Shown here: in pieces, positions 8,643 through 17,959 of the stretch
Numbering within the stretch: position 1 is the stretch's first letter
Layout of the letters: each line of letters opens with the position of its first letter
Source: Nitrososphaerota archaeon
GTDB lineage: Archaea > Thermoproteota > Nitrososphaeria > Nitrososphaerales > Nitrosopumilaceae
Reading direction: 5' to 3'
DNA: 34,190 nucleotides
NCBI GenBank assembly: GCA_022564385.1
Contig: JADFLN010000002.1
Coordinates: 1 to 34,190 of the forward strand
Made by a program: the position numbers and the translations under genes
Notes under the pieces: model-generated
The model's database searches: none
What the model saw: only the letters and a program-made list of their open reading frames with translations
Told to the model about the DNA's origin: nothing

Positions 8643-9393
8643 ATGTTACGAACTAGAATCATCCCATTGAAACCGGCATTGATTCTATAAGGTAAAAAAA
8701 AAGTATCTCATAGTTACCGACATTCACATAGGATTTGAAGATAGATTGACATCAAATGAAATTTTCATTGGTAAAAATTCCACCATAAATGAAACGATTC
8801 AAGATATTTTAGAAATCATTGATACAGAAAAACCAGATTCATTGATTTTACTAGGAGATATCAAATCAAGCATTAAAAATATTTCAAAAAGTGAGTGGAA
8901 TGAAATTCCAATGTTTTTTGAAAAAATTAGAGAAAAATGCGAGATAACTTTGATTCCTGGAAATCATGATGCAAATATTCAGAGGTTAATTCCTGATAAT
9001 ATTTCTATGATTAGCTCAACAGGCATGGTTGAAGAAAATGTTTTGTTGACACATGGACATACAATGCCTTCAGAAAATTTTTCTCATGTTGATAAAATTA
9101 TTATGGGTCACGTACATCCGGTATTTTTTCAAGAAGATTCGGTGATAAATGGGCAAAGAGTTTGGGTATCAATTAAGACAGAAAAGGAAAAAATTTTTCC
9201 AAACAAATCAGGTGAATTAGAAATAATCATAATCCCCTCATTTAACAAATATTTTTATGCAACACATAGAAAAAAATACAAAAAATCAATTTCACCAATT
9301 ATTGATAAAATCAAAAATATATCTACTGCAAAAATAGTCACACTTGACGGAGCGATTATAGGAAATGAGTCAATTATCAAACAGGTAATTTAA
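8643..9393 (+). pseudogene. calcineurin-like metallophosphoesterase, disrupted near the 5' end
   Basis: ATG 8643 reads MLRTRIIPLKPALIL then TAA (8688-8690); motif I (TDIHIGFE) and the rest (LGD, PGNHD, THGH, MGHVHP) are in the +1 frame across an A9 run (8694-8702). Confidence 0.75.
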
Positions 9394-12300
9394 TTAATCA
9401 AATTCATCATAAGGCTCAATTGGTTCTTTAGTGGTTTCATTATGTTCAAGCCACTCCAAAGTCTTCACAAAAGAATCTGCTAATTCAATAGTTGTTAAAA
9501 CAGGAACCCCTAATTCCAAAGATTTTCTTCTAATTTGATATTCATCATCCAACATTCCAACATATTTTTCCAATGTAGAAGTACTTGGAATGTTTATGAT
9601 AAAATCAATTTTTTGTTCATATAGAAGATCCGATATGTTTGGTTTTCTTTCTGGTTCTGAAATTTTGTAAACTATTTCCACTTGACCAATTTTTTCTTCA
9701 AAGAACTTTGCTGTATGTTCAGTTGCCAAAATTTTGAATCCAAGGTGTTTAAGTTTTGCAATACTTGCAACTAGTTTTTGTTTATTTTGATCACCACCAA
9801 CAGTTACAAGTGCAGTTCCTTTAACAGGTAAATGGTAACCAACAGATATCAAACCTTTTGCTAATGCATCATAGAAACTATTTCCAAAACAAGCAGCCTC
9901 ACCAGTGGATTGCATCTCAACTCCCAATGTAATATCTGCACCTTGTAGTTGCATAAAGGAGAACTGTGGAACTTTGATTCCATAGTTGTGAATCTTTTGC
10001 CATTTGTTTTCAGGTATTTTAGGCAAGGGTTTATCCAAAATAGCCTTAGATGCAAGAGAGATCAGATTCATTTTAACAAGTTTTGAGACAAATGGCATAG
10101 AACGTGATGCTCTAATATTTAGCTCAATCACATATACATGCTCATCATGAACTAAATATTGAAGATTGAATGGACCTTTAACATTAAAGGTCAATGCAAT
10201 TTTTTTTGTATATTCATTGATGGTCTCAATTATTTTGTTACTTAAACGCCATGGTGGAATACACATCATAGCATCTCCAGAGTGAACACCAGCACTATCA
10301 ATATGTTCAACGATAGCACCAATGATTACTTGTTTCCCATTACAGATTCCATCCACATCTACCTCTAGTGAGTTTAACATGAATTTTGAAATTACAACAG
10401 GATGATCAGGAGAAACATCAAATGCAGCCTTGACATATGTTTTTAGTTCTGTTTGAGACCAAACAACTTTCATGGCAGCACCAGAAAGAACGTAAGAGGG
10501 CCTTACAATTACTGGAAACTCTACTTCTTGTGCAAAGTTTTTGGCTTCAGTGAGATTTGAGAATTTTTGCCAACGTGGTTGTTGAATATGAAGTTTATCA
10601 AGTTCAGCACTAAATTTCGAACGGTTTTCTGCCCTATCAACATCAATTGCACTAGTTCCCAAAATGTTAACACCATGTTTAGCGAGACCAAGAGTTAGAT
10701 TATTTGCAGTCTGTCCTCCAACACAAGTAATGATTCCTTTAGGATTTTCAAATTCAGTAATATCTAAAATTCTTTCTTCAGTTAATTCTTCAAAATATAA
10801 TCTAGTACAAATATCATAATCAGTAGATACTGTTTCAGGATTACAGTTTACTACAGAGATATTTTTTTCACCATTTTCCTGTAAGCCCCAAACCATGTTG
10901 ACTGTACCCCAATCAAATTCTACACTACTACCAATTCTATAGGGTCCAGCACCGAGTACAACAATCGCTTTTTCATCAGATGGAATCTCAATATCATGAG
11001 AATGACCACCATATGTCAGATAAAGATAATTTGTAACTGCAGGGCATTCTGCTGAAAGCGTGTCAATTTGCTTAACAGAGGGCAAAACACCTAATTTTTT
11101 CCTTAAATTACGCACATAATCAGGGGTTTTGTCCTTTGCACGAGCAATCTGCTTATCAGATAAGCCCAGTTTTTTTGCTTTCCAAAGACGAGATTCTCCC
11201 AGTTCAGAATTTTTTAATTTTGATTCAATATTTACAATATTTTTTATTTTTTCAATAAACCAAGGATCAATTGTAGAGAGTTTGTAAATTTGTTCAACTG
11301 AAATTCCCATTTTCAATGCAATTGCAACATGATACAAAATGTGATCATCATGATAAGTAAGTTTGTTTTCAATTTCTTCTTCATTGTAAGTTTTTCCATT
11401 TACACGATTAAGAACTAATCCATCATTTCCAATATCTAACATTCGAATTGATTTTTGAAGTGATTCCTCAAAGGTTCTGCCTATTGCCATTACTTCTCCA
11501 ACTGATTTCATTGCAGGTCCAAGTTTTCGATTCACAAGTTCAAACTTTTCAAAGTCCCATCGAGGATGTTTACATACAATATAATCAAGTGATGGTTCAA
11601 AACATGCAGTAGTACTTTGTGTAATTCTATTAACTAGTTCTGATAAATTATATCCCAATCCAATTTTTGCAGACATGTATGCCAGCGGATAACCTGTTGC
11701 TTTACTTGCAAGAGCAGAAGAACGTGAAAGTCTTGGATTTATTTCAATTGCAACATACTCATCAGAGTTTGGTTCAAGTGCGTATTGGATATTGCATTCA
11801 CCCACAATTCCAATATTTTTAGTTGCACGCAATGCAGCAGAACGTAGCATATGATATTCATGATTATCAAGGGTTTGTGATGGAGCAACTACAATATTAT
11901 CACCAGTGTGAGCTTTCATAGAAAGAATATTTTCCATGTTACAAACAATTATGTTGTTTCCATCATAATCCCGCATTACTTCATACTCTATCTGTTTCCA
12001 GTGTCCAATGTATTCTTCAATTAGAACTTGACCAACAATACTTGCTTTAATGCCACGCTGTACAATCTCATGAAGTTCAATTTCATTATGGGCAACTCCT
12101 CCACCTCGTCCACCCAGAGTATATGCAACTCGAATTATTACAGGATATGATAATTCTTCAGCTGCATTTTTAGCATCCTCAAAATTAGTCACAGTTTTGC
12201 TGTTCAAAACAGGAACTTGAGATTTTTTCATAGAATCCTTAAAGAGTTGCCTATCCTCAGCTTTCTGGATTCCTTGAATTGATGTTCCAAGAACACGTAC

Positions 12301-12636
12301 ACCATATTTGTGAAGAATGCCAGATTCCCCTAGATTAACACCACAATTAAGAGCAGTTTGCCCACCATATGCTAGCATAATTCCATCTGGTCTTTCTTTT
12401 TCGATTATTGATTCTACATACTCTGGGTTTACTGGAAGTAGATACACTTTATCTGCAAATCTAGTATCTGTTTGGATTGTTGCAATATTTGGATTGATTA
12501 ATACACTTTTCAATCCATCTTCATGTATTGCTTTTAGACATTGACTTCCGGAGTAATCAAATTCACCAGCTTCTCCGATTTTAATAGCCCCACTTCCCAG
12601 TACAAGAATTTTCTTTAACGACTCATTCTTTGGCAA
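9394..12636 (-). CDS. carB: carbamoyl-phosphate synthase large subunit
   Basis: GSGAIKIGEAGEFDYSGSQ, two ATP-grasp halves, EINPRLSRSSALASKATG, C-terminal MGS domain; TTG start. Confidence 0.98.
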   Translation of the reverse strand: MPKNESLKKILVLGSGAIKIGEAGEFDYSGSQCLKAIHEDGLKSVLINPNIATIQTDTRFADKVYLLPVNPEYVESIIEKERPDGIMLAYGGQTALNCGVNLGESGILHKYGVRVLGTSIQGIQKAEDRQLFKDSMKKSQVPVLNSKTVTNFEDAKNAAEELSYPVIIRVAYTLGGRGGGVAHNEIELHEIVQRGIKASIVGQVLIEEYIGHWKQIEYEVMRDYDGNNIIVCNMENILSMKAHTGDNIVVAPSQTLDNHEYHMLRSAALRATKNIGIVGECNIQYALEPNSDEYVAIEINPRLSRSSALASKATGYPLAYMSAKIGLGYNLSELVNRITQSTTACFEPSLDYIVCKHPRWDFEKFELVNRKLGPAMKSVGEVMAIGRTFEESLQKSIRMLDIGNDGLVLNRVNGKTYNEEEIENKLTYHDDHILYHVAIALKMGISVEQIYKLSTIDPWFIEKIKNIVNIESKLKNSELGESRLWKAKKLGLSDKQIARAKDKTPDYVRNLRKKLGVLPSVKQIDTLSAECPAVTNYLYLTYGGHSHDIEIPSDEKAIVVLGAGPYRIGSSVEFDWGTVNMVWGLQENGEKNISVVNCNPETVSTDYDICTRLYFEELTEERILDITEFENPKGIITCVGGQTANNLTLGLAKHGVNILGTSAIDVDRAENRSKFSAELDKLHIQQPRWQKFSNLTEAKNFAQEVEFPVIVRPSYVLSGAAMKVVWSQTELKTYVKAAFDVSPDHPVVISKFMLNSLEVDVDGICNGKQVIIGAIVEHIDSAGVHSGDAMMCIPPWRLSNKIIETINEYTKKIALTFNVKGPFNLQYLVHDEHVYVIELNIRASRSMPFVSKLVKMNLISLASKAILDKPLPKIPENKWQKIHNYGIKVPQFSFMQLQGADITLGVEMQSTGEAACFGNSFYDALAKGLISVGYHLPVKGTALVTVGGDQNKQKLVASIAKLKHLGFKILATEHTAKFFEEKIGQVEIVYKISEPERKPNISDLLYEQKIDFIINIPSTSTLEKYVGMLDDEYQIRRKSLELGVPVLTTIELADSFVKTLEWLEHNETTKEPIEPYDEFD

Positions 12637-12640
12637 TTGT

Positions 12641-13780
12641 TCATTCCTCCATAAGGCGTTTTAGCTCTTCAAAGATAAACTTACAATCATAAGGACCAGG
12701 TGAAGATTCGGGATGAAATTGTACTGCAATACAATTTTGTTTTTTGTGTTTTATTCCTTCAATTGTTTTGTCGTCTACATTTGTAAACCATAATTTAAAT
12801 TCAGATTTCTCAAGTGATTCAGGAGTAATTCCATAACCATGATTCTGACTAGTAACATAAACTTGATTGTTTTCTACATTCACACAAGGCTTGTTTTGTC
12901 CTCGATGTCCATATTTTAGTTTGTATGTTTCAGTATTTCCTGCAATACCAATAATTTGTGCCCCTAAACAAATTCCTAATGTAGGAATATTATTTTCAAT
13001 TAATTTTTTTGCTGTATCTATTGTATCTGAACAATTCTGTGGATCACCAGGACCACTACTGAGTACAACACCTTTGGGATTGTAAGACATTATTTTTTCA
13101 TAAGTAGTATTCCAAGGAACTAAGATTACTTTATAACCCAATTGACGAAGATTTCTCAAAATTGCATTTTTTGCACCAGTGTCAATTACTACAACTGATT
13201 TTTCATCTTTGCCGTAAACTTTTTCTTGTTTTGTGGATACAATATCCATGAATTGTTCAGAATTATAATGAGGTGCAGATGAAAGCTGTTTTTTTATTTC
13301 TTCAACATCAATTTCAGAATCAGATACCACAAGAGCTGCCATCATAACGCCACCAGTTCGTAGTTTCTTTGTTAATTCACGAGTATCAATTCCAGAGATT
13401 CCAGGTATCTCTTCGTTGTGCATCCATTCATCAAGAGTCATTGAAAGATTCCAGTGACTAGCAGTCAAGGATAATTCGTGGACTACCAGACCTCTTATTT
13501 GGATTTTATCCGATTCAAAGAATTTGGGAATACCATCATCGTCTTTAACTGAAGGATCAGGAACCCCATAATTTCCAATTAGAGGATATGTAAGTGTGAG
13601 AATTTGACCATTATATGACGGATCGGTTAGTGCTTCAGGATATCCAACCATCCCAGTATTAAAGACAATTTCACCAAAAACAGTTGTAGAATAACCAAAG
13701 CCTAGACCATCAAGAACAGTGCCATCATCAAAAACCAGCTTTCCAAACTTGTTTGCGTGGTTTGATTTTTTGGTAGTTAT
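12641..13780 (-). CDS. carA: carbamoyl-phosphate synthase small subunit; start extended to a proposed ATA at 13780
   Basis: GPGDP, GICLG, QFHPE; the conserved N-terminus KLVFDDGTVLDG..GEIVFNTG lies in frame upstream of ATG 13651; exact start is inferred. Confidence 0.93.
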   Translation of the reverse strand: MTTKKSNHANKFGKLVFDDGTVLDGLGFGYSTTVFGEIVFNTGMVGYPEALTDPSYNGQILTLTYPLIGNYGVPDPSVKDDDGIPKFFESDKIQIRGLVVHELSLTASHWNLSMTLDEWMHNEEIPGISGIDTRELTKKLRTGGVMMAALVVSDSEIDVEEIKKQLSSAPHYNSEQFMDIVSTKQEKVYGKDEKSVVVIDTGAKNAILRNLRQLGYKVILVPWNTTYEKIMSYNPKGVVLSSGPGDPQNCSDTIDTAKKLIENNIPTLGICLGAQIIGIAGNTETYKLKYGHRGQNKPCVNVENNQVYVTSQNHGYGITPESLEKSEFKLWFTNVDDKTIEGIKHKKQNCIAVQFHPESSPGPYDCKFIFEELKRLMEE

Positions 13781-13871
13781 TGTTACCCTCGTAAAGTCCG
13801 AGTGAATGTGAATTTAAGTTTTGTGTGGAAAAGAAATAGAGAAATTTTGATCGCAGAAAAATATGTAATGT

Positions 13872-15065
13872 TTAGAGAGCTTTAAACTCTTCACTCCATT
13901 TGTGATAAGCCCGAACCATTTCAGTTGAAACACTTGGTTTTCTTCTTGCCATTATATCCTTAAAATCAGATGGCGTAAGTTCTCGGGGTTGAATAGGTGT
14001 TTCGCCTTCTATAGGTTCGTGATAGTCTGGAGAATTGAATATTTCATGAACTGTTTTAATTTGTGCTGCTTGACATATATCTTTGATATCGCTTGCACTA
14101 TATCCATCAAACATTTTTGCCAATTCAGCAGGGTTTACTTTGAAATTTTTTCGTAGAGGTTCAGTGTATTGCTTAAAGAGGTGTTCTCTAGCTTCTAGTG
14201 ATGGTAATGAAACATAAATTCTCTTTTGGAATCGTCTTAGGAAAGGCCAATCAAGACTCCAAGGTTTGTTTGTAGCTCCAATTACATAAAGCATCAAATC
14301 TTTTCCTTTACCATTAACACCATCCATCTCAGTTAGGAATTGATTTTTGGTTCTTACTTCTCCACCAACTTCACTATTTCTGGAACCCAATAAAGAATCA
14401 ACTTCATCTACAAACAAAATAACTGGTTTGCCTTCTTTTTCAGCATAATGTCTTGCCATAGAAAATAATTTTGAAACATTCTTTTCTGCTTCACCTAACC
14501 ATTTACTCATCATGGATGATGCATCTACATTGATAAAGTAACCATCCATCTCATTTGCAGTAGCAGCTGCAAGCATTGTTTTTCCGGTACCAGGAGGTCC
14601 ATAAAGTAACATTCCTTTTGGCCATCCAAGAGGGAATAAATCAGGTCTTTTAGCTGGATATATGATTGATTCACGTAATGCATTTTTAGCATCTTCCAAA
14701 CCAACTACTTGAGCCCATGTAACATTGGGTTTTTCTTTCATTATAAGATCTTCAAAGTCGTTTTCTGTTTCTTGTCTTTGCACAGATGCCTTTTGATCTT
14801 TTTCTGATGCTTTTGGATCAACTGCAGGCTCAACACCACCAGCTTGTTGTAGTGCATTAATTCGATTATGGTAAGAGCTACATCTTTCTTTGTAAATTTG
14901 GTTCAATTTGCTGTTAGGATAAAGTTTCAATAGTTTTACAAGGGCATCAATTGCATGCTGATAATGTGTGATTGCCATGCCACGTGCGCCCTGAGAATCA
15001 AATTTGATAGCCTCAGAGGCGTATTTACTAGCAGTATTTTCTAATTCTTGCGGTGCTAAACTCAT
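13872..15065 (-). CDS. cdvC: Vps4-like AAA ATPase CdvC (MIT + AAA)
   Basis: N-terminal MIT helices (A..AIKFD..G..AI.HY..AI), GPPGTGKT, SKWLGEAEK, FVDEVD, GATNKPW, RRFQKRIY. Confidence 0.92.
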   Translation of the reverse strand: MSLAPQELENTASKYASEAIKFDSQGARGMAITHYQHAIDALVKLLKLYPNSKLNQIYKERCSSYHNRINALQQAGGVEPAVDPKASEKDQKASVQRQETENDFEDLIMKEKPNVTWAQVVGLEDAKNALRESIIYPAKRPDLFPLGWPKGMLLYGPPGTGKTMLAAATANEMDGYFINVDASSMMSKWLGEAEKNVSKLFSMARHYAEKEGKPVILFVDEVDSLLGSRNSEVGGEVRTKNQFLTEMDGVNGKGKDLMLYVIGATNKPWSLDWPFLRRFQKRIYVSLPSLEAREHLFKQYTEPLRKNFKVNPAELAKMFDGYSASDIKDICQAAQIKTVHEIFNSPDYHEPIEGETPIQPRELTPSDFKDIMARRKPSVSTEMVRAYHKWSEEFKAL

Positions 15066-15070
15066 CTCAA

Positions 15071-15565
15071 TTACCTACACATATCTCCTGAAGAGTTTTG
15101 TTGGTATTCAGTTGTGTTAATCTCTGTACCAAAATGTGTTAAATTAATTGCACTTGTTTCGTGCTCATCATAATCAGGTCCATCATGAAATCTCTTTTTG
15201 AAATCAGATTTTTCAGATATATGTACATGCATGTCTTTTACTTTGTTTATCGAGTCTTCAGCTGAAATTATCAGTTCAGAGATTTCATCATCTAGATTCT
15301 CTAGTGAATTTGCAGTATCAGAGATTATAGATACAAAGTGCTTTAGAATTGAATGTATCTCTTTTTTGTCAGCATGTTTACATAGCATAAAATCAGCAAT
15401 CCCAACAATTTTGTTTAAATCCTGAAGTTCATCAAAAGTGAGTTTGTCTATTTTGTCATCATCAGAAGGTTTGATCTCGGATAATTTTTTATCAATTTTT
15501 GAAGATAGTGTTCGTATACGTTCAATATCCTTGAAAAAGTTTCGTTTAGAATTCAGTAAAATCAA
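15071..15565 (-). CDS. hypothetical alpha-helical protein in the cdvC operon
   Basis: TTG start overlaps the upstream stop (TTGA); stop is 5 nt before cdvC; heptad-like acidic helices. Confidence 0.75.
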   Translation of the reverse strand: MILLNSKRNFFKDIERIRTLSSKIDKKLSEIKPSDDDKIDKLTFDELQDLNKIVGIADFMLCKHADKKEIHSILKHFVSIISDTANSLENLDDEISELIISAEDSINKVKDMHVHISEKSDFKKRFHDGPDYDEHETSAINLTHFGTEINTTEYQQNSSGDMCR

Positions 15566-16125
15566 GCATTACATACTTTAAAAAAATTAAGATTAGGATA
15601 CTGCTTACTTATTTTAGAGTTTACCATCAACTTTACTCCATTAAGTAAAGTTGATGATTCTTCATTTGATTGACTAAAGTCAAATCTTGCCTTTGTAAGT
15701 ACAGCAGAATCTATCACTATACTTCCTAAATGAACAGATAGTTCAGACAGTTGATGGCTACAATTTGGAAGAATATCAAATAATTGTGCACTAACTGTTC
15801 TAATTAGTGGTATAACAGTAGGAAGAATTTTAGGAATGCTTCCCACATTAGATATTTTTCTGGTTCTTTTTTTAATTTGAGATAGGATTTCCAGAGAAAA
15901 GGCCATAATTCGTTCCAGTTCTATTGCTTTAAGATGACTGTTATCAGATTCATCAAGATTGTCTACCAGAAATATGTTTAATTTTTTCTGGTCATACATT
16001 TTTTTCTTAAGAATCTCAAAAACAACATCTAACAGATTTACAGAATATTCCAATCTAGGAACAAGTGTAACTGAGGTAGATATGTTAGCATATTCTAATG
16101 TGCTAACATCGCAGTTAATCAACAT
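15562..16125 (-). CDS. divergent ESCRT-III / CdvB-like (Snf7) paralogue
   Basis: Pattern SLE.L.QI..R...IS.VG.I...LP.VI.LIR.VS..L..I.P....L.E.S..LG.I..DS...EE....L....SK..YP.L resembles the CdvB core; two genes upstream of cdvC. Confidence 0.6.
   Translation of the reverse strand: MLINCDVSTLEYANISTSVTLVPRLEYSVNLLDVVFEILKKKMYDQKKLNIFLVDNLDESDNSHLKAIELERIMAFSLEILSQIKKRTRKISNVGSIPKILPTVIPLIRTVSAQLFDILPNCSHQLSELSVHLGSIVIDSAVLTKARFDFSQSNEESSTLLNGVKLMVNSKISKQYPNLNFFKVCNA
16082..16109. promoter_or_regulatory. 13-bp-arm inverted repeat, candidate operator or mRNA hairpin
   Basis: ATGTTAGCATATT-CT-AATGTGCTAACAT, one mismatch. Confidence 0.45.
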
Positions 16126-16178
16126 ACTATTTTATGATTCTAGATTTTGTATTTGAGGGTCTTGTAACAATTTATTCA

Positions 16179-16192
16179 GTAACTACAGTTAC
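16179..16192. promoter_or_regulatory. palindrome in the divergent cdvB-like/trmB intergenic region, candidate transcription factor site
   Basis: GTAACT-AC-AGTTAC with perfect arms; additional TGTAAC half-site at 16163. Confidence 0.4.
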
Positions 16193-16284
16193 ACCCATCT
16201 GCAGATACAATTTTGATTTTTTTTAAGTACTTGTTTAAAGGAATTTAGCTCTCAATTTTACCTAATAACAAATCAAGTAAAATC

Positions 16285-17445
16285 ATGGTAAATGAGCATG
16301 CATTAACAGTCAGTTTAGAAGAATTTGGATTAAGCAAATATGAGGCACAGGCATATGTATCTCTGATTGCCAAAGGGACAATCTCTGCTGGTGAATTAGC
16401 ATATTATGCAGATATTCCACGAACTAAAATTTATCCAACTTTACTGAAACTGGAAAAGAAAAAGCTGACAATAATTTCAAAGAGTAAGCCAATAATGTGT
16501 ACAGCAATTGCACCTGAAGATGCATTTGATGGAATCATTCACGAGCAAATCAATAAGGTAAATGCAATGAACACATTAGTTTCAAATTTAAAGAAAGCAA
16601 GTGAAGAGAGTAGAAAGTCAAGAGGGACTGAAGAAAAAAGATACTTTCAGATTAGTGCAAATAATGTTTTGACTCAACTCCAAACAATGATTGAGGGTTC
16701 AAAATCATCAATTAAAATAATGGCAGACCAATGGGGTTTTGGATTATTAGCCGAATGTAAAGAACAATTATTATCAGTTTTACGTCGAAATTTAGATGTC
16801 AAAGTACTTGTTGTACCAACACAAATTTGCTCGGAATCATATAGAATAATTCCTGATGGAGTAGAGATTAGAGCATCTGAAATTACTCAAAATTGTTTTA
16901 TTTTTGACGAGACTGAATTGTTAATGATAAATAATGAAAATGGGAAAGGGATAATTTTTTCATCAACTGAAATTCTTGGAGGTAATCAAGAAAAAGTATT
17001 TTCTAATATATGGAAGAACGCAATTAAAACTAAAGCTCTTGCAGACATGACAAAAACAGAAGCACAGGAAATTTATAAAATAATTAAAACTGTTAGTGAA
17101 TTGGGTTTAATGTATATTTTAAATTCTACAATGATATCAAAAAAACCAGAATTTGACATGTTCAAACTGTTGGAAAAAAATGGAATTTCTTTAAAGTCAA
17201 AATCACTTGATGACATCATAGAGATAATGGATGCAATTATGCAAATAACGTGCTCAGGACATGTGAACTTTAATGCAATTACCAAAAATATCACAATTGA
17301 GTCAAAACTAAACAGTAATCATTCACTACCTTGGGTTTCAATTTTGGATGGATTCCTACAAAAACAAGGTTACAAAACTAGAACAATTTATCAAAATAAT
17401 TCTAACAAAGGTGAAAAAGTTCACATTAAGATAAGTAAAAAATAA
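16285..17445 (+). CDS. TrmB-family transcriptional regulator
   Basis: LEEFGLSKYEAQAYVSL..G..SAGELA..ADIPRTKIYPTL..L wHTH followed by an effector-type domain. Confidence 0.92.
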   Translation: MVNEHALTVSLEEFGLSKYEAQAYVSLIAKGTISAGELAYYADIPRTKIYPTLLKLEKKKLTIISKSKPIMCTAIAPEDAFDGIIHEQINKVNAMNTLVSNLKKASEESRKSRGTEEKRYFQISANNVLTQLQTMIEGSKSSIKIMADQWGFGLLAECKEQLLSVLRRNLDVKVLVVPTQICSESYRIIPDGVEIRASEITQNCFIFDETELLMINNENGKGIIFSSTEILGGNQEKVFSNIWKNAIKTKALADMTKTEAQEIYKIIKTVSELGLMYILNSTMISKKPEFDMFKLLEKNGISLKSKSLDDIIEIMDAIMQITCSGHVNFNAITKNITIESKLNSNHSLPWVSILDGFLQKQGYKTRTIYQNNSNKGEKVHIKISKK

Positions 17446-17469
17446 ACAACCAATTTGGTGTTAGTTCCA

Positions 17470-17590
17470 AGATATAGGCATAAGAAAGATTTAGAGAATA
17501 AATAATGTGATCCAGGCTTTTCGGGTTTATTCCACAGAATACCTGAATCACATGTGATAGGACGTTTGTAAAATAACTAGAACAAAATCA
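17470..17590 (-). ncRNA. candidate small RNA with a 49-nt hairpin (17505-17553); ends approximate
   Basis: Minus-strand AUGUGAUUCAGGU pairs with GCCUGGAUCACAU (13 bp including 2 G-U pairs); lies downstream of a TATA-containing repeat copy; followed by a pyrimidine-rich tract; no credible ORF. Confidence 0.45.
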
Positions 17591-17660
17591 ACATTAACAT
17601 CTTGTCTATTTAATAAAAACAAACGATATCAAAATAAATAGCGAAACAAGAAGATTAGAA
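17580..17660 (-). repeat. direct repeat copy 1 (promoter/operator-like)
   Basis: 40/45 identical to 17960-18004 with similarity continuing to about 80 bp; contains minus-strand TTTATTAAATA and the AACATTAACATC core. Confidence 0.9.
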
Positions 17661-17664
17661 TAAT

Positions 17665-17946
17665 TTAGAGTTCCAGCCCAAATGAATCAGTTAAATTAGA
17701 AAATTGTTTGTATGATTCTAAATATTGTCTACCCTCGGATGTTATAACAAAGGTATTTTTTCCATCATATTCAATTTTGTTGATCAAATTTGCACCAGTT
17801 AAATTTTCTAAGAATTTTGATAATCTTGAATGTGAAAGATTTGCTTTGGTCAAAAGATGAGTGGTCTTGATTCCATCTAATCCAGATTGTTCAGTCACAA
17901 TTAGAAGATCGGCCATAATTTGTATCCCTGATCTATAATTATTCAA
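17665..17946 (-). CDS. small winged-helix transcriptional regulator (archaeal predicted-regulator type)
   Basis: YRS..QI.AD.L...G.K.T.L..KANLS..RL..FL..L...LI...F.IT.EG..YL pattern; TTG start. Confidence 0.88.
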   Translation of the reverse strand: MNNYRSGIQIMADLLIVTEQSGLDGIKTTHLLTKANLSHSRLSKFLENLTGANLINKIEYDGKNTFVITSEGRQYLESYKQFSNLTDSFGLEL

Positions 17947-17959
17947 ATCATACAGAAAT

